Below are positions 60,411-64,000 of a stretch of 64,000 bases of DNA, one piece after another. The notes beneath the pieces are model-generated. The model ran no database searches. It saw only the letters and a program-made list of their open reading frames with translations, and had not been told where the DNA came from. The translations under genes and the position numbers were made by a program. How positions within the stretch are numbered: position 1 is the first letter of the stretch; each line of letters opens with the position of its first letter. The stretch comes from Phallusia mammillata (Eukaryota), in NCBI GenBank assembly GCA_965637545.1, contig OZ281498.1:12710001-12774000 (forward strand), read 5' to 3'.

Positions 60411-62801
60411 ATGTTAAATTTGGAGGCAGATGAACTGATGCAAAAAAGACAAATGAGCATATCGATTGGTAAAAACGCCAACATTATAGGCAGTCCAATT
60501 GGAACAAACGGTGATGTCACGATTACCAATAACCGTAAGTAGTTGTTTGTTTTTAAATTGTGCCCCTAATTGATAACCGAAGTTTTTGGTGGTACGAATC
60601 CACTTTTTTGTCCTTTTGAAAACAGTGCTTGCTTGGTCGGTGAGTGCTGTGTGTTTCATAGCCCCTGTAGTTCTGGTCGTTGGGCAGTGAAACACTAGGT
60701 TATCGGTGTCTTGCACAGTGTCCTCACAACTGGGACAGAAAGGCTGGAAAATGTCCCCTTTATGTAGTTTAGGTGCAGTAAGACATGCAGTATATGATCG
60801 TATGCGATTCGCTACAACCCATTCATTTCGGGTTGGATTTGAAATTACATCCCCATCTCTTTAGGATGCCTTTTCACTAGTACTTGTTCCAATCTTCTTT
60901 TAGGTGTAAACGGCAATGTCTGTCGTTTTGTATATTGACTGCAACCATTAAACATTGTTTGCTAGCTGACGGACTAAACTTATTAAAAATCAAACACCAC
61001 CATCCAAATATAGATTTTCAGAATGTAGGTAAAATATTTTTTCAATGCAGCACAACATTTTGCTTTGCTGCGATATATCATCTCACAGTATGGCGCAAGT
61101 CTTATTAAAAGTAACTTGTGATTGGAAATTCACTAGTGTCAGGTTGTAGTGTTTGCATTGTTACAGAAGTACAATGAATCAAACCAACACCTTAATTATC
61201 GCCAATTACTGGCAATTTTTTTCAGATTATTTTGTCATTCAGTTTGCGATTTTATTATATTGGAACCAACTGTTTATTGTATTTTCAGCACTCAAAGTGT
61301 AGCTTAAGGTTCTTGGCAATAGGAACAACTATTCCGCACTATCAAACGGGATATTATTTTCTTGCATTTATGAATTGTTTAGATAATGGATCTCCACATC
61401 AGCCAAATATTCTGAGAGTCCCTATTCCTTATCCACAACGATCACAGATAGTTAGTCCAACATCTGATGACAGCAGTGACAGATCTTTATCGGATGTAAG
61501 CTCTGCATCTGATGATATATCTTTTACGTCTTTTCCCAAAGTGATGTTAAGTTACAATTGGAACTCTTCTTCAACTGTAAACAAGGTACAAAATATATTA
61601 TTATTCAGTTTTGACCACAGTGATATCTGTAGTGTTTTATATTTTACTCAAGTTCTGGTCTCCGAATGGAGTCGTGGGTTCGAATCCCACTTCTGACACG
61701 ATGTAGTGTTTTATTGCCAGGAGCCAAAAGCACAACCGCACAGCACGCGCGCGTAACTAGAGTGACCTCCGAGGTAGTCGAGAGGTACAAGAAAGACTAC
61801 GTAGTATAAAACCACTCAAGCGTATAAATACGTTGTAAATTCACTACAACATCTATTTTGTATCTTTTATTTTTATCGCTCACTAAAACCCCCTAATTAG
61901 TTGACACTATTGTTTAACAATAGCCTACACTTCTATCGCTTAACATCGAGCACATCCTAAAAATCCGCAATGATTTGGTCACATTTTGTGACTCATAAAC
62001 AACATATATATGTACAGATTTGTTTGATCAGTTTGTTTCACATCTTTTTTTGGCGTCAAACAGATTTACAAGAACTTGAGACGAGCAGGGTTTCAAGTTT
62101 GGTTGGATAAAAAAGATATGGAAGGTGATATGTACGAAAGTATGGAGAAAGCAGTAAGACAGTCCGACGTGGTTATTGCGTGTCTATCAGGGGATTATGA
62201 AAACAGTGCGAACGCCATGAAAGAAGCCAAACACGCTGCGGTGAAAAATAAACACATCATACCTATTCTTGTGGAGGAAAACTATCGTCCGAGCGGAGCT
62301 GTCGGTAAAATATGTTTTCAGTAGAGCGTTGAAGTTTAGTAACTTATTAAAACTTATTACATCGGTTATGGAGTATGTTAACTGCCATGTACTGTACTCT
62401 ACAACAAAACCGCAACTTGGTACGCATAAATTTTTTATAAAAACCATGGCGAGATTATCGTTTTATAGTGATATGTTTTTTTTTCTTTTCTAAACAGTAA
62501 AACATATATAACACAACAAAAGGTTTGACGGTTACGAAAGACCGCTTTTTTAACTATCTCAAAATCAAATGTAAACACCAGTTTCACTAGCAAGATCATT
62601 TACTACTAAATTACAACTTTAATTTTTACAGATTTTATTATATCTGGGACGATCTACATAGATTTTTGTTCGGGATCGTTTGATCGACAGATGAAGGCAC
62701 TTAAGACTCGACTTTCAATGTTAAAACCACGTCAAGTTGTCAATCGGTCAAAACCAAGCCAAACAAAACCTATGAAATCTTCAGTTTGCGTTGTTTTGTA
62801 A
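60411..62801 (+). CDS. TIR-domain (TIR_2-type) protein, about 245 aa, with an N-terminal Ile/Gly/Asn-rich pseudo-repeat and a C-terminal CaaX box (CVVL)
   Basis: Exons 60411-60534, 61383-61585, 62064-62304 and 62632-62801 total 738 nt, in frame, all GT-AG. TIR strings: VMLSYNW, GFQVWLD, MYESMEKAVRQSDVVIACLS, SANAMKEAKHA, IIPILVEENYRP, IYIDF. Exons 2-4 are well supported. Exon 1 rests on its ATG, a strong GTAAGT donor and matching phase. A 63-nt cassette exon at 60966-61028 is possible. Confidence 0.85.
60560..60850 (-). mobile_element. Degenerate 3' fragment of a non-LTR retrotransposon ORF2 in TIR-gene intron 1
   Basis: The minus frame reads PTRNEWVVANRIRSYTACLTAPKLHKG...PFCPSCEDTVQDTDNLVFHCP...KKW, resembling the W-x2-LNRLR...C-x2-C...H-x4-CP zinc-knuckle C-terminus of LINE ORF2 proteins. 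The His is replaced by Asn and there is an upstream stop. Confidence 0.6.
61628..61848 (-). mobile_element. Miniature LTR-retrotransposon derivative: 147-bp LTR, extended tRNA-Leu PBS and 13-bp LTR end
   Basis: 61702-61848 has TGTAGTG...CACTACA inverted ends and, on the minus strand, AATAAA just before the 3' end. It is followed on the minus strand by TCGTGTCAGAAGTGGGAT..., one mismatch from the Gypsy-type Leu PBS TGGTGTCAGAAGTGGGAT. A 13-bp repeat of the LTR end lies at 61628-61640. The flanks ATATC / ACATC look like a 5-bp TSD with one mismatch. Confidence 0.75.
61646..61698 (+). pseudogene. 5'-truncated, intronless copy of tRNA-Leu(CAA), part of the LTR element and not a functional tRNA gene
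   Basis: ACTCAAGTTCTGGTCTCCGAATGGAGTCGTGGGTTCGAATCCCACTTCTGACA matches the anticodon loop to 3' end of metazoan tRNA-Leu(CAA). The D-arm, A-box and 5' acceptor strand are absent. Confidence 0.85.
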
Positions 62802-63339
62802 AGAAAAGAAGAATATTCTTGCTAATAACGCAATACCTCTCACATACGACCGAATAAAGTGACTCTTCATATTTGACGCCTAAACAAATTTGTTTGTATT
62901 TGCTCTTTTATGCCCGTTAAGTTATTGTGTAGCGTATTATCTTTCTGGTGTACTAATATGACATGAAGTGGGCGTATCTCATTGTGTTGCAGTTTGCCGA
63001 AGCGCTTTTGTTTTGAGTGTAGGAGTTGAGTGTTTGTGGCAGATAATAAGCTACAATTGCATGTTTTTTTGTGGGGGTTGCTATCATGTTTTCTTGCTCA
63101 TTAGCTGAATTGCCCCAAATAATGATCTATACAAAAGTCGGTTCTAATAAAACTACATGTTTGGAAATAATTTTTGCATATCTCCTGTCTTACCCGACCT
63201 CGGAGATTTCAAATTCTGCTGATTAAAGTGAGCGGGACTCAAACGCAATATTTTTTTCCTACATCACACTTGGTAATTTATACCTAAACTACACAATTCG
63301 AGTTGTGATATTATAAATTTTGATATTGTATGTTTAAAG

Positions 63340-63574
63340 CAGCGGTCGGCAACTTTATCCCTACTGCGGACCGTTTTTGAAACTGAAATTTTATCGCGGA
63401 CCGGCTTTTAAAAAACTAGAATCATTTAACATGAAAAACGCTTAAATTAGTTGATCATCCCCGGGATACATGGACAAAATGATTTAAAGCATTTAACCTA
63501 AAAATTTATACGGCCCGGTAACGAACTCGTCGCGGACCGGTACCGGGCCGCGGCCCGGCGGTTGCCGACCACTG
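63340..63574. mobile_element. hAT-type MITE, 235 bp
   Basis: TIRs CAGCGGTCGGCAAC / GTTGCCGACCACTG (13/14) and a perfect 8-bp TSD GTTTAAAG (63332-63339 and 63575-63582). Confidence 0.93.
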
Positions 63575-63899
63575 GTTTAAAGGACTTCTACGTGTACGTG
63601 TATTTAATTGACGACGGAACGATCTTAATATGCGTCCGCTTGGTGTCAGTGCAGGTCATTTGTATTGGCCCATCTATTTTTTCTCTTCTTTTTTCCAAGA
63701 TATTTGTCGTACTTGATGGTTAACCACATTATAGTTCAGCGTAGTTTATTGTGAAATCAGACAATAACTTAAGGAAGTTTCTGTGATAATTGAAAATTAT
63801 AACCTGCTTTTAAGAACCAACAACGCAGAATAAATGGCTTGTTTAGTTGTTCATCTTTGTCTCTAGATAAGTAACAGAATAGGTACAAAAATCGACATT

Positions 63900-63981
63900 A
63901 TGAAGTGTCTTTATTTGCTTCTGATCACCACCGCTTTATTGTTTATGGAAACAAAGTCTCAGAACGCTGATGAAGAAGAAG
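63900..63981 (+). CDS. Probable first exon of a secreted protein (signal peptide MKCLYLLLITTALLFMETKSQNADEEE); the rest would lie beyond the window
   Basis: ATG, a basic residue, a hydrophobic core and a polar cleavage region, followed by a possible phase-1 donor G|GTTTGA. If unspliced, the frame stops 3 codons later. Confidence 0.5.
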
Positions 63982-64000
63982 GTTTGAAATAATAATGATT

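Noticed and set aside
60414-60716. 100-aa minus-strand ORF as a gene
   Set aside because: It is a decayed LINE fragment running by chance into the antisense of TIR exon 1, with a non-ATG start.
61646-61698. Functional tRNA-Leu gene
   Set aside because: The 5' half (acceptor strand, D-arm, A-box) is missing, and the fragment is embedded in an LTR structure.

Overview
Intron-rich eukaryotic DNA with GT-AG introns, many only 59-100 nt. The compact gene structure and chordate-type Eph and kazrin genes suggest an invertebrate chordate such as an ascidian; this is inference and the species cannot be named from sequence alone. All gene models were spliced by hand, so the prokaryote-style ORF track captures only exon fragments. 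Left to right: (1) the 3' part of an Eph receptor tyrosine kinase (+, 404-7873); (2) a complete tandem Eph paralogue (+, 12133-29590, 19 coding exons); (3,4) a head-to-head pair of secreted astacin metalloproteases (-, 33872-30386; +, 35151-40094), each built as signal peptide / antistasin-like Cys module in the propeptide / astacin / 2x TSP1 / 3x FG-GAP(VCBS)-like repeats; (5) kazrin (-, 59367-43503) with two candidate alternative first coding exons; (6) a 245-aa TIR-domain gene (+, 60411-62801); (7) a signal-peptide exon at the window end. Mobile DNA comprises three complete hAT-type MITEs with 8-bp TSDs and one truncated copy, two Helentron/HINE-like elements carrying 157-159-bp satellite arrays, a LINE 3' fragment, a SINE-like B-box fragment, and a miniature LTR element whose primer-binding site extends into a 53-nt copy of tRNA-Leu(CAA). 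The best novel-system candidates are the small TIR protein, which combines an N-terminal RHIM-like pseudo-repeat, a TIR with the NADase-position Glu and a C-terminal CaaL prenylation box, and the divergent astacin pair with an inhibitor-like prodomain and half beta-propeller tails. No CRISPR array, rRNA or intact tRNA gene was seen.
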